Source of the DNA: Candidatus Marsarchaeota archaeon
GTDB taxonomy: Archaea; Micrarchaeota; Micrarchaeia; Micrarchaeales; Micrarchaeaceae
Length of the DNA stretch: 64,000 nucleotides
Reading direction: 5' to 3'
Assembly: GCA_023473665.1 (NCBI GenBank)
Contig: JAMCYM010000001.1
Location: forward strand, 52,923 to 116,922
Shown: positions 27,048-36,211 of the stretch, one piece after another
Numbering within the stretch: the stretch's first letter is position 1
Layout of the letters: each line of letters opens with the position of its first letter
Program-made: the position numbers and the translations under genes
Notes under the pieces: model-generated
Databases searched by the model: none
What the model was told of the DNA's origin: nothing
The model's input: only the letters and a program-made list of their open reading frames with translations

Positions 27048-27056
27048 AATATAAAA
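27048..27056. promoter_or_regulatory. Shared A/T-rich TATA element between divergent ftsZ and dys
   Basis: AATATAAAA lies about 45 nt from the ftsZ ATG (27006, minus) and about 50 nt from the dys ATG (27105, plus). Confidence 0.4.
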
Positions 27057-27104
27057 GGTTAGACTCTCTATGAGCAATCGCGTGTTTTCCATCAAGGTGC
27101 TGGA

Positions 27105-28070
27105 ATGGCAAAATCTAACGGTGATTTAGGGAAGAAGGCCCTCCTGGCGGAGGGCGTGAAGGACATACGGCTCAAGAAGGGCATGCGGGTGTCGGAGCTC
27201 ATCGCTGCAATGGAGAAAATGGGAGGCTTCTCTGGCCAGCACATGATCGACGGCATACACATACTTGATGCGATGCTGAAAGATAAAGACTCGTACAACT
27301 TCCTTTCGTTCCCGGCCGACATAGTCTCAACAGGCCTCAGGGGCGTGCTTGCCGGCATGGTGAAACATTTCGACGCCATAATCACGACTTGCGGCACACT
27401 CGATCATGACATAGCCAGGGCGTTCGGGGGTAAGTACAGCGTAGGAACATTCAATGTCGACGACACGAAGCTGCACTCAATGGGGATATACAGGCTTGGA
27501 AATGTATTCATAGAGAACAAGGAATACGGCAAGATGCTAGAGGACTCGTTCAGGAAGGTAATGGACGACATATATGCGTCAAAGGACTATAAGGGCGAGT
27601 ACAGCCCCAGCGAGCTGATAAACGAGTTCGGGAAGCGCATCACGGATGAGCACTCTATACTGCGCCAGGCCTACCTGCACAATGTCAAGATCTTCAATCC
27701 TGGCATAGTGGATGGCGCTTTCGGCACCCAGCTCGCGATTTTTGCGCAGGACCACGACTTCAAGCTGAATGTGATAAAGGACGAGCTGGAGCTGAGCAAC
27801 ATATCGTTCGACAACAAGGTTACTGGCGCGCTGATGATGGGAGGCGGCATAAGCAAGCACCATGTCATATGGTGGAACCAGTTCAAGGGCGGCCTCGACT
27901 ATGCTGTCTACATAACCACTGCAACACAGTACGACGGCTCGCTATCGGGAGCCAGGCTGACAGAGGCCGTGTCGTGGGGCAAGATAAAGGAGAAGGCCAA
28001 GTATACCACGATAGACGGCGACGCCACTATAATACTGCCATTCATGGCTGCCGCACTTGACATCGTCTGA
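27105..28070 (+). CDS. dys: Deoxyhypusine synthase
   Basis: 321 aa; characteristic DHS sequence (ITTCGTLDHD, MMGGGISKHH, WGKI). Confidence 0.9.
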   Translation: MAKSNGDLGKKALLAEGVKDIRLKKGMRVSELIAAMEKMGGFSGQHMIDGIHILDAMLKDKDSYNFLSFPADIVSTGLRGVLAGMVKHFDAIITTCGTLDHDIARAFGGKYSVGTFNVDDTKLHSMGIYRLGNVFIENKEYGKMLEDSFRKVMDDIYASKDYKGEYSPSELINEFGKRITDEHSILRQAYLHNVKIFNPGIVDGAFGTQLAIFAQDHDFKLNVIKDELELSNISFDNKVTGALMMGGGISKHHVIWWNQFKGGLDYAVYITTATQYDGSLSGARLTEAVSWGKIKEKAKYTTIDGDATIILPFMAAALDIV

Positions 28071-28174
28071 AGTGATGCAATGGCTGACGACACGAGATAA
28101 CCATCCTCAATGTAGAACGGAGCCAGGTCCTCAGCAGGCTGAAGGAGCTGGGTGCCAGGCATGTCGGCAACCAC

Positions 28175-28648
28175 GTGTTCCGGCGCATGGAATTCGCCTT
28201 GGACGGCAGGCTGGGCTCCGCCCATTCATGGGTGCGGGTAAGGACCGACGGAAATGAAACAACGCTCACGTTCAAGCAGATGCGCAAGAATGGCGGCTTC
28301 GAGCCGATGATAGAACACGAGGTCAAGACAGCAGACTTCGCCGAGACTGTTAAGATAATGGGCAGGCTTGCTAAACGGGAATGCATATACTTTGAGAACA
28401 GCCGCGAGGCATACGAGCTTGACGGCGCGTACATCACCTTAGACAAGTGGCCGAAGATCCCTCTTTACGTGGAGATTGAGGCACCCTCAAATGCGCAGCT
28501 GAAGCGCATCTACAAAAAGCTCGGTATAAAAGGGGAGTTCGTCGGCAATGTCGCAATCCATGGTGTCTATAAGCGCTACGGCCTGGATTTCCTGGACGTA
28601 ATGCGGGGCAATTCAACCAAGCTGGAAAGGCTGCTGAAAGACGACTGA
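28175..28648 (+). CDS. CYTH domain protein (CyaB / thiamine-triphosphatase-like); N-terminus uncertain
   Basis: CYTH-like beta-strand pattern (WVRVRTDGNETTLTFKQ, YFENSREAYELDGAYITLD, YVEIE). The same frame stays open and CYTH-like back to 28088 with no canonical start codon. Confidence 0.65.
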   Translation: MFRRMEFALDGRLGSAHSWVRVRTDGNETTLTFKQMRKNGGFEPMIEHEVKTADFAETVKIMGRLAKRECIYFENSREAYELDGAYITLDKWPKIPLYVEIEAPSNAQLKRIYKKLGIKGEFVGNVAIHGVYKRYGLDFLDVMRGNSTKLERLLKDD

Positions 28649-28673
28649 TACTTCACAGGTTGTGCTGAGCTGC

Positions 28674-29360
28674 TCATTCCACGGTGGTTCCCCTGTGCTG
28701 CCTGCCGCGCAGCGCCGCCTCGAAGTCCTTAATGTCTGGCCCGACGAACAGCACCTTCACCTTCGATCTTGCGGCGAGCAGCGATGCAACGACATCGAAA
28801 ACAAAGTCGCTCTTTACCTCACGCCTGTCGAACTTCTCGGCCAAGCGCACCATTTCGTCGTGGCTGAGCCTCTTTAGCGCAATGGCCCCGCGCTCCTTCG
28901 GGTTCCTATCATACACGTAGGCCGTCATGCCAATGTTGATAAGCGTCTTGGCGCCAGCTGCCTCAGCCCCGAGCATTGCGTCTGCATCGGTCGTCACGCC
29001 CTCCACGAAACCCCCGAAGACCGTTATCCTGTGGCGTGCATGCAGGGCCTTGAATTCGTCGAGCGTTGCCGGTACCAGCGGCGCAACATCCATCCCTTGC
29101 TCGAGCATGACGTTCTTCAGCGCGGTTGCGTTCGTCCTCGTCATCGCTATGCCTATTTCGTCAAGCAGCAATTTGTTTTTTATTTCTCCGCTGACAGCAT
29201 TGATTGCTGTTCTTGCCGCGTGGCCGCCGCCTACGGCTATTGCGAATTTTGTGCCGCGCTCTCTCTTTATGATTTCGCAGAAGCGCTTCACGTAGCTTAT
29301 GTTGAAACCGCCCTCTGGATGTATTATGCTCCCTCCGAGCGAAATCGCTATTATCCTCAT
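28674..29360 (-). CDS. pyrH: Amino-acid kinase family protein, probably archaeal UMP kinase
   Basis: 228 aa; MRIIAISLGGS N-terminus and AIAVGGGHAAR match archaeal PyrH-type kinases. Confidence 0.65.
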   Translation of the reverse strand: MRIIAISLGGSIIHPEGGFNISYVKRFCEIIKRERGTKFAIAVGGGHAARTAINAVSGEIKNKLLLDEIGIAMTRTNATALKNVMLEQGMDVAPLVPATLDEFKALHARHRITVFGGFVEGVTTDADAMLGAEAAGAKTLINIGMTAYVYDRNPKERGAIALKRLSHDEMVRLAEKFDRREVKSDFVFDVVASLLAARSKVKVLFVGPDIKDFEAALRGRQHRGTTVE

Positions 29361-29398
29361 CGATAAGGCAATGCAACTCAGGTTATTAGCGTTTTGCG

Positions 29399-30655
29399 TT
29401 AGCCTGCAAGCTCTATGCTGTCACCCACCTTTGGTGCGTAGGCATCGAAGCCTTCGCCCTTCAGCTCCTCCGCGAATGCCTCGGTGTTTGCAGGATCGCC
29501 ATGCACGCATATGACAGTGTTAGGTGCGCATTCCCTGACGTACTTGTAGAGGTCGGACTTGCCTGCATGCGCAGAGAAGTCGTACACGCTTACTGGTATG
29601 CCTATCTTGCGCCTCTCCCCGTCTACGTCTATCCTGCCGGTGTTGACCAGGTTCCTGCCGTTCGTGCCATCGACCTGATAGCCTGTGATGAAGATGCGCG
29701 AGTTTCTGTTGAGCTTGGTTATGTATTCAAGTGCAGGTCCGCCGTTGAGCATGCCAGCTGGCGTGAGTATTACGGCGGGGCCGTCGAGTATGCCCTTCCT
29801 GTCGCCTGGGCCGTCTATGAATGTGGAGCTATTGACAGCTTCGCCGAGCAGCTTCGCGTTGTTTATGTAGGTGCTGTGCGCCATGACTATGCGCGTGGCC
29901 TCGCGGGCCATTCCATCCACGTACGTACGTTCAGCAAGGCCGCCCTGCTGCAGGATCGCCAGCAATTCCTGCGCCCTGCCGACCGCGAAGCTTGGCACAA
30001 GTGCGGTACCTCTATTGTCGAGCGTTTCCTTAATACCCTCGATAAAGCCTTTAATGAGCTTCTGCCTGTCTGGATGCTCCCTTGTGGCATATGTAGACTC
30101 TATGATGAGCGTGTCGCCTTTCACGATCTTGGCTCCTGTGTGCAGCAGCTGCGGTTGCAGTTTGAAGTCGCCAGTGTATACTATGCGCCTGTTGTCCCTG
30201 CCCTTCATGCGCTCCACAAGCGTCACCGCGCTGCCACTTATGTGTCCCGCATCGCTGAGCGTTATGTCGTAGTTCCCGAAGCTCGCGCGGCTGCCGTAGT
30301 CAATCGCGACATACCTGCTGTTGAATGTGCCGAGCTGCTTCTTGTGGTAGTTCAGCCTGGTGTGGTTCCTGTGCGAGAGCTTAAGCGAATCCTCGAGCAG
30401 AAGCCCAGCGAGCCTCAGCGTCGGCCGCGTGCCGAACGTTGGTATGGAAGCCTCGTTGTATAGTGCCGGCATGCACCCGCTGTGGTCGAGATGGGCATGC
30501 GATACTACCGCAAGATCGACCTTGGGGCTGCCTATTGGGAACTCAGTTTCATGGTCTATCTTCAGTCCGTAGTCGAGCATTATATTGCGCTCGTCCTCTA
30601 TCAGTATGGCGGAGCGCCCAACCTCATGTGCGCCTCCAAAAAATCGTATTTTCAT
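29399..30655 (-). CDS. MBL-fold beta-CASP ribonuclease (aCPSF2 / RNase J-like)
   Basis: SHAHLDHSG motif 2, beta-CASP region, C-terminal HGD; about 418 aa from MKIRFFGG. Confidence 0.8.
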   Translation of the reverse strand: MKIRFFGGAHEVGRSAILIEDERNIMLDYGLKIDHETEFPIGSPKVDLAVVSHAHLDHSGCMPALYNEASIPTFGTRPTLRLAGLLLEDSLKLSHRNHTRLNYHKKQLGTFNSRYVAIDYGSRASFGNYDITLSDAGHISGSAVTLVERMKGRDNRRIVYTGDFKLQPQLLHTGAKIVKGDTLIIESTYATREHPDRQKLIKGFIEGIKETLDNRGTALVPSFAVGRAQELLAILQQGGLAERTYVDGMAREATRIVMAHSTYINNAKLLGEAVNSSTFIDGPGDRKGILDGPAVILTPAGMLNGGPALEYITKLNRNSRIFITGYQVDGTNGRNLVNTGRIDVDGERRKIGIPVSVYDFSAHAGKSDLYKYVRECAPNTVICVHGDPANTEAFAEELKGEGFDAYAPKVGDSIELAG

Positions 30656-30781
30656 CATAATCAATCGGATTCTTGGCCTTGCGGCTCTGTCGCTTGCATC
30701 TCACACTCGTTTTTCCACTTACCTATAAAAACATTGGTATTCAATAATCTATGCCGCACTGCTGACCGGCGAGCAGATTCA

Positions 30782-31558
30782 ATGCCAGATGAAATAACGT
30801 TCCTCGATTTATTGGCCCTTGAGAAGATAACCGGCAATACTGTAGTTGAGAAGTTCGGAAGCCTGATAAATTCATCGTTCTTCGATGCCCAGAACATACT
30901 TGGCACGCTCAAGGTGAAGGGCCTGATAGATTTCACAACGATGGTGCCAGGCCAAAATGCCATAACTGTCACAGATGCCGGCAAGCAGCTCATTGCAGAT
31001 GCTGCAAGCAAGGCCCAGACCCAGTTCGACCAGCTCGACCTATCGATGCTTACGCAACTGTCAGGCGGGAAGCGCACGCTTGTCGACCTTGCGGGTGTGA
31101 CCAACATAAGGCCCAGAGACCTGGCAATGCACCTCAATAAGCTCGTAGAACAGCAGTACATCACAGCCGACATACGCAACGGCTCGGTCAACATGATGCT
31201 TACTGAGAAGGGTTTCATCCAGGTGAAGACTGGCATGCCAGTACAGGCGCCTGCAACGCCTATGGCCGCCATGCCGCAGCAGGGTGCCCCGTCACCATCG
31301 CCAGCACAAGCGCAGCAGGTGCAACCCATGGCAGCCCCGGTGCAGCCTATGGCGACGCAATCAGCCCAGGCGCAGGATTTAAGCATGCAGCAGATGCAGG
31401 CCCAGGAAACCCAGCCTCAACCTGGAAACGGAATTGCAGAGTTGCAGAAAGAAATCAAGGCCTCGAAGCTGAAGAGGAGCAAGAAGCTCACGATCTTAGT
31501 TGCTGTAATAGTGATAATCGTAATCTTCGTAGTGCTTGTGCAGCGCGGCATAATATAG
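30782..31558 (+). CDS. Tail-anchored membrane protein with two winged-helix-like repeats and a P/Q/A/M-rich linker (hypothetical)
   Basis: 258 aa from the ATG at 30782 (the upstream part of ORF 30482 is antisense to the RNase gene). Two roughly 70-aa wH-like repeats, a low-complexity linker and a C-terminal TM (ILVAVIVIIVIFVVLV). Confidence 0.45.
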   Translation: MPDEITFLDLLALEKITGNTVVEKFGSLINSSFFDAQNILGTLKVKGLIDFTTMVPGQNAITVTDAGKQLIADAASKAQTQFDQLDLSMLTQLSGGKRTLVDLAGVTNIRPRDLAMHLNKLVEQQYITADIRNGSVNMMLTEKGFIQVKTGMPVQAPATPMAAMPQQGAPSPSPAQAQQVQPMAAPVQPMATQSAQAQDLSMQQMQAQETQPQPGNGIAELQKEIKASKLKRSKKLTILVAVIVIIVIFVVLVQRGII

Positions 31559-31571
31559 CCTTAGTGGTCTG

Positions 31572-32195
31572 ATGGGCAAGCTTCTGGAATACATGAATGC
31601 ATACGCGATGCTGCATCGGCACAGTATAAGGGCTCTTGACGCAAAGTACGTAGGCAGCCCCGACGATGCAGTTGGGTTTGCTTCTAGCAAGCCCATAGTC
31701 CTGAAGGTCATCTCCGACAAGGCGCTGCACAAGAGCAAGAACGGCCTCGTGAAGCTCGACCTTTCCACAGAGCGCGACGTACGCTCAGCATATGCCGAGC
31801 TTGAGAAGAAGGCGCGCAGCCTCAAGCCGTACAAGATCCTGGCGCAGAAAATGGTAACTGGCGGCCTAGAAATAATAGTTGGCGGGAATACCGATCTTCA
31901 GTTCGGCAAGATGATCCTCCTTGGCCTCGGGGGCATATACGTTGAGACGTTCAAGGACTTCGCGCTCCGCGTCTGCCCAATAACGCGCTATGACGCAGAC
32001 TCAATGATAGACCAGTTGCGTTCGCGTGCCATAGTTGCGCCAGATCCAAAAACAAAGAAGATGATTTCCGACCTTCTACTCAATGTGTCAGGCTTGCTCA
32101 TCAAGGAAAAGGCAATAAGCGAGCTTGACCTAAACCCCATAATACTGCACGGTGGTACGTACGACGCGGTTGATTTGAGGGTAATAGAAGAATGA
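31572..32195 (+). CDS. acdB: Acetyl-CoA synthetase (ADP-forming) beta subunit (ATP-grasp)
   Basis: 207 aa; ATP-grasp_5-like sequence (VLKVISDKALHKSKNGLVKLDL, LDLNPI). ATGA overlap with the alpha subunit. Confidence 0.75.
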   Translation: MGKLLEYMNAYAMLHRHSIRALDAKYVGSPDDAVGFASSKPIVLKVISDKALHKSKNGLVKLDLSTERDVRSAYAELEKKARSLKPYKILAQKMVTGGLEIIVGGNTDLQFGKMILLGLGGIYVETFKDFALRVCPITRYDADSMIDQLRSRAIVAPDPKTKKMISDLLLNVSGLLIKEKAISELDLNPIILHGGTYDAVDLRVIEE

Positions 32196-33643
32196 AGCGT
32201 GTGCTTATGGCAACGAAATATGCTGACCTGAATCCGATGCTCCAACCGAAGAGTGTTGCGATAATAGGCGCATCTGCAAATCCCGAGAAGGTTGGGCATG
32301 TCATAATGCAGAACTACATAAACGTCGGCTATTCAGGCAAGCTCTATCCTGTCAACATAAAGGCTGAGGGCCCTATACTGGGATTCAAGTCGTACAGAAG
32401 CGTGCTTGACATTAAGGAGAAGATAGACCTGGCGGTGATTGCAGTGCCTGCGCCCGCGGTTCCAAGCGTACTCGAGGAGTGCGGCAAGGCCAAGACCAGG
32501 ACCGCAGTTGTAGTAAGCGGCGGCTTCGCAGAGATAGGCGAGACGGCCCTCCAGGAGCAACTGGCTAAGGTTGCACATAAGTACTCCATGCCTGTGCTGG
32601 GCCCCAACTGTCTCGGGGTCATGGACTTGAAGTCAAGGATCGACACTCTCTTCCTCCCTACTTTCAAGATTGACAAGCCCCAGATAGGCGGCGTCAGCTT
32701 CGTCTCGCAGAGCGGCGCGGTCGGCAGCGTAGTGCTCGACCTGATCTCGCACGAGGGCTTCGGGCTCGCTAAGTTCATCAGCTACGGCAACGCAGCCGTG
32801 GTCGACGAGGCCGATATACTCAACTACCTTGCGAATGACGACGACACGAAGGTGATAATATTCTATCTCGAGGGCGTGAAGCGCGGCAAGGAGTTCATAG
32901 AGGTCGCGAGGAAGGCCACGCCAAAGAAACCCGTTGTAATAATAAAGGGTGGCACGACTGAAGAGGGCTCAAAGGCCGTCCACTCCCATACAGCGTCACT
33001 TGCCGGAAGTGTCGAGGCCTACAGGGCCGTTTTCAAGCAATTTGGGTTCGTCGAAGCCGAGAATCTGGAAGACCTGCTGTACTTCGCAAAAATATTTGAT
33101 ACACAGCCGCTTACGACAAAGAACAGGATTGCTATTATAACAAATGGCGGCGGCATAGGTGTACTTGCTACTGACGCACTGTATAACAACTCGCTGAAGA
33201 TGGCGGAGATAAGCAAGGAGTCGGAGCGCATCTTACGCAAGGCCATGCCCCCTATAGTCAACGTGCGCCTGCCTCTCGATCTTGCGGGAGACGCGGACGA
33301 CAAGAGGTTCGGGATAGCAATAGAGACGCTTGCAGAAGACCCTAATGTGGATGCCATAATGGCGCTTGTGCTGTTCCAAACTCCAGGAGCGGACTCAAGG
33401 GTTGTTGCCGAGCTGATCAAGTACGGCACTACGGGCAAGAAGCCCCTTGTTGTGGTAAGCCCTGGCGGTAGCTACACCGAAGCGCACAAGATAATGATGG
33501 AAAGTGCAGGAGTTCCGGTCTATGATTCGCCAAGCTCCGCGGCGAGGTCGCTTGCAGCACTCATAAACTATTCTGTTTATCGTGAGAACGCGGCGCATTC
33601 GAATGGCAATAAAAATAACGGGCAGGACAAGGAAGCTGATTGA
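32192..33643 (+). CDS. acdA: Acetyl-CoA synthetase (ADP-forming) alpha subunit (CoA-binding / succinyl-CoA-synthetase-like)
   Basis: 483 aa; PKSVAIIGAS CoA-binding N-terminus, GPNCLG, SQSGA, and the catalytic His region HTASLAG. Confidence 0.85.
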   Translation: MKRVLMATKYADLNPMLQPKSVAIIGASANPEKVGHVIMQNYINVGYSGKLYPVNIKAEGPILGFKSYRSVLDIKEKIDLAVIAVPAPAVPSVLEECGKAKTRTAVVVSGGFAEIGETALQEQLAKVAHKYSMPVLGPNCLGVMDLKSRIDTLFLPTFKIDKPQIGGVSFVSQSGAVGSVVLDLISHEGFGLAKFISYGNAAVVDEADILNYLANDDDTKVIIFYLEGVKRGKEFIEVARKATPKKPVVIIKGGTTEEGSKAVHSHTASLAGSVEAYRAVFKQFGFVEAENLEDLLYFAKIFDTQPLTTKNRIAIITNGGGIGVLATDALYNNSLKMAEISKESERILRKAMPPIVNVRLPLDLAGDADDKRFGIAIETLAEDPNVDAIMALVLFQTPGADSRVVAELIKYGTTGKKPLVVVSPGGSYTEAHKIMMESAGVPVYDSPSSAARSLAALINYSVYRENAAHSNGNKNNGQDKEAD

Positions 33644-34952
33644 GCGTGATAGGAAGATATTCCTGTCAACTACACGGGAGTCGTATCCTTTCGTTGCCGA
33701 CCACGGCGATGGGGACCTGATATACGACATGGAGGGCAACAGGTTCATCGACTTCTCGTCCTTCATATCCGTCTATAACTTCGGAGTCAATGCCAACGCC
33801 GAGGTGCGGAGGGCTATAGTCGACCAGGTCGGCAAGCTCATGCACCCTGCGTTTACAGACTATCACGCAGAGCTGCCGGTGAAGTTCGGCGAGGAGCTCG
33901 TCAAGATGTTTCCTAGGGACTTCGGGCGCATGTTCCTAAGCAATTCCGGCACGGAGGCCAACGAGGCTGCGATAAAGTTCGCGCAGCTGTTCACGAAGCG
34001 GAGCTACATAATGGCTTTCTACAGCGCCTTCCACGGTCGCACCAAGGGCTCACTGGCGCTTACGGCATCCAAGGCAGTTCAGAGGACAGGCTTCGGCCCG
34101 TTCTCGAACACGATACACGTGCCGTTCGCATATTGCTACAGGTGCCCGTTCAAGCAGACCTACCCAGACTGCGGGTTCGCGTGCGTCGATTACATACGCA
34201 ACTACCCACTCAAGGACGAGGTAAGCGGCAAGGAAGTGGCTGCGTTCTTCGTGGAGCCGATACAGGGTGAAGGCGGCTACATAGTGCCCCCTAAGGACTA
34301 CTTCAAGGAAATTAGAAAAATTACCTATGACAACGGCATGCTCCTAGTCGCAGACGAAGTGCAGAGCGGATACATGCGCACCGGCAAGTTCCTTGCCCTT
34401 GACCACTTCGGCGTAACAGCCGACATATACACTATGGCGAAGTCAATAGCAGGAGGGCTGCCGATGGGTGTTACCATGGTGAGGAAGAGCCTCGGCGACA
34501 TACCTCCTGGAGCGCACGCCAACACATTCGGCGGCAATCTGGTATCTGTTGCGGCGGCATACGCGCTGCTGAAGCACGTCAAGCGCAACAGGCGCAAGCT
34601 CGAGGCCATGGCGAAGAGCAAAGGCCATCGCATAATGAAGAGGCTGGAGCAGATGAGGGACCGCTATGAGCTTGTCGGCGATGCGCGAGGCATTGGCATG
34701 ATGCTGGCCATCGAGCTGGTGCGAAGCAAGAAAGGCAAGGAGCCCGCAGTGAAGGAGCGCGAAAAGGTGCTTGAAGACGCATTTAGCAACGGCCTGATAA
34801 TGCTGCCTGCAGGCGAGTCAACAATACGCATAATACCGCCGCTTACCATGTCGGTGCAGCACATCGACAAGGGCCTTGATGTGCTTGAGGATGCGATAAA
34901 GTCGGTGAATTCAGCGATGCTTGGCAAGCCAGGCAGGAAATCAGGCAACTGA
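33603..34952 (+). CDS. Class III pyridoxal-phosphate aminotransferase (GabT / ArgD-like)
   Basis: SNSGTEANE, DEVQSGYMRTGK and TMAKSIAGGLP (PLP Lys) motifs. The start is ambiguous (33582 or 33603) and overlaps the acdA end. Confidence 0.85.
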   Translation: MAIKITGRTRKLIERDRKIFLSTTRESYPFVADHGDGDLIYDMEGNRFIDFSSFISVYNFGVNANAEVRRAIVDQVGKLMHPAFTDYHAELPVKFGEELVKMFPRDFGRMFLSNSGTEANEAAIKFAQLFTKRSYIMAFYSAFHGRTKGSLALTASKAVQRTGFGPFSNTIHVPFAYCYRCPFKQTYPDCGFACVDYIRNYPLKDEVSGKEVAAFFVEPIQGEGGYIVPPKDYFKEIRKITYDNGMLLVADEVQSGYMRTGKFLALDHFGVTADIYTMAKSIAGGLPMGVTMVRKSLGDIPPGAHANTFGGNLVSVAAAYALLKHVKRNRRKLEAMAKSKGHRIMKRLEQMRDRYELVGDARGIGMMLAIELVRSKKGKEPAVKEREKVLEDAFSNGLIMLPAGESTIRIIPPLTMSVQHIDKGLDVLEDAIKSVNSAMLGKPGRKSGN

Positions 34953-35018
34953 AGGCTGCAGAAGATTGTCAATGATGGTAAAGGCTTTTGCATCTTCATG
35001 CCTGAAATGTGTGCATCA

Positions 35019-35801
35019 TTAACCACGCACATATAAGTTGGGGTTCATTGTTGCTCTCTCCCTGGCATCTGCATCTGTATCCTTGCTCAATTCCCTCAGC
35101 GTCTCCGCATCAGTATTCGGATTCCCCGCAATTTCCCACCTGACATATCGATCCTCATCCTTGCTCAATCCCTTTAACGTCTCAGCATCAGTATTCGAAT
35201 TCTTCGCAACTCCTCCTCTGACATCTTCATCTGTATCCTTGCTCAATTCCCTCAGCGTCTCCGCATCAGTATTCGGATTCCCCGCAATTTCCCACCTGAC
35301 ATATCGATCCTCATCCTTGCTCAATCCCTTTAACGTCTCAGCATCAGTATTCGGATTCCCCGCAATTTCCCACCTGACATATCGATCCTCGTCCTTGCTC
35401 AATCCCTTTAACGTCTCAGCATCAGTATTCGGATTTTCCGCAACCCAGTCTCTGACATCTGCATCAGCATCCTTGCTCAATTCCCTCAGCGTCTCCGCAT
35501 CAGTATTCGGATTCTTCGCAACCCATTCTCTGACCTCTTCATCAGCATCCTTGCTCAATTCCCTCAGCGTCTCCGCATCAGTATTCGGATTTTCCGCAAT
35601 TTCCCACCTGACATATCGATCCTCGTCCTTGCTCAATTCCCTCAGCGTCTCCGCATCAGTATTCGGATTCCCCGCAACTCCCCATCTGACCTCTTCATCT
35701 GTATCCTTGCTTAATCCCTTTAACGTCCCAGCATCAGTATTCGAATTCTTCGCAACTTCCAGCCTGCTGTTTGTGTCCTTACTCTTTACATTAGACCCCA
35801 T
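35019..35801 (-). CDS. Alpha-helical repeat protein (LRV / HEAT-like 26-aa repeats)
   Basis: 260 aa made almost entirely of 9 copies of NPNTDAETL[RK][EG]LSKD.D..VR..[IV]A. Confidence 0.7.
   Translation of the reverse strand: MGSNVKSKDTNSRLEVAKNSNTDAGTLKGLSKDTDEEVRWGVAGNPNTDAETLRELSKDEDRYVRWEIAENPNTDAETLRELSKDADEEVREWVAKNPNTDAETLRELSKDADADVRDWVAENPNTDAETLKGLSKDEDRYVRWEIAGNPNTDAETLKGLSKDEDRYVRWEIAGNPNTDAETLRELSKDTDEDVRGGVAKNSNTDAETLKGLSKDEDRYVRWEIAGNPNTDAETLRELSKDTDADARERATMNPNLYVRG
35060..35770. repeat. Tandem 78-bp coding repeat, about 9 near-identical copies in two alternating subtypes
   Basis: CCTTGCTCAA recurs at 35081, 35159, 35237 and onward (period 78 bp). The copies differ at only a few positions. 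Confidence 0.85.
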
Positions 35802-36050
35802 AATATCATCTTACGATAAGAATTCTTAGGAAATATATAAAACCCCACCAAAAGCTTTAAAAATAGAAGAACGTTGAAAGACAGAGTAACGAAAGGGCAT
35901 ATTTTTTTGAAAGGGGCATTATACTCTATTTCTGCTATGCCGCCAGTCGAACAGTCAGTAACCAAACAATATAACAGCAGCAAAATGGCAAAGCCAGCGG
36001 CTTGGGGGTGCGGTAAAGAAGGCCGATGCGGAAACGCGATCCCGTAAATG

Positions 36051-36185
36051 CTACCAAATACTACCCTTCTCGCCGCACGTAAGCTCAGCGCCGCAGTTCT
36101 GGCATCTGAGATGGCAGGCCTGTATGGTCTGCATGGGGCTGCCGCAGGTAAGGCACAATATCTCCTGAGGCTGCTCCACCTGCAC
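36051..36185 (-). CDS. Possible 44-aa zinc-ribbon protein (GTG start, leaderless)
   Basis: VQVEQPQEILCLTCGSPMQTIQACHLRCQNCGAELTCGEKGSIW; CxxC...CxxC pattern; the TATA at 36212-36221 lies about 28-35 nt upstream on the minus strand. Confidence 0.3.
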   Translation of the reverse strand: MQVEQPQEILCLTCGSPMQTIQACHLRCQNCGAELTCGEKGSIW

Positions 36186-36211
36186 ACCCGCTAATGCTGT
36201 TACATGGCAAC

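Noticed and set aside
28057-28257. 66-aa ORF (MTSSEVMQWL...) between dys and the CYTH gene
   Set aside because: It is out of frame with the CYTH-like reading that spans the same DNA, and its Arg/Gln/Pro-rich product has no motifs.
30482-30781. N-terminal 100 codons of ORF 30482-31558, and likewise the first 60 codons of ORF 42127-42666 and the first 35 of ORF 25930-27111
   Set aside because: These extensions overlap neighbouring genes or promoter elements and have implausible composition. Internal ATGs at 30782, 42486 and 27006 fit the intergenic spacing and the TATA positions.
34965-35010. C/D-box-like string AATGATGG ... CTGA between the aminotransferase and the repeat-protein gene
   Set aside because: The C box is imperfect. 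Only about 23 nt separate it from the single CTGA, there are no D'/C' boxes, and I found no rRNA or tRNA complementarity. It is more likely part of a GATG/CATC hairpin between convergent genes.
35060-35770. The tandem repeat array considered as a possible CRISPR array
   Set aside because: The units are contiguous 78-bp repeats with no unique spacers. They are in frame within a protein-coding ORF, and there are no cas genes in the window.
35038-35829. 263-aa plus-strand ORF across the 78-bp repeat array
   Set aside because: It is the antisense reading of the repeat (SASVFGFPAISHLTYRSSSLLN...), which is serine/leucine low-complexity. The minus-strand frame gives a coherent helical-repeat protein with a TATA box upstream of its ATG.
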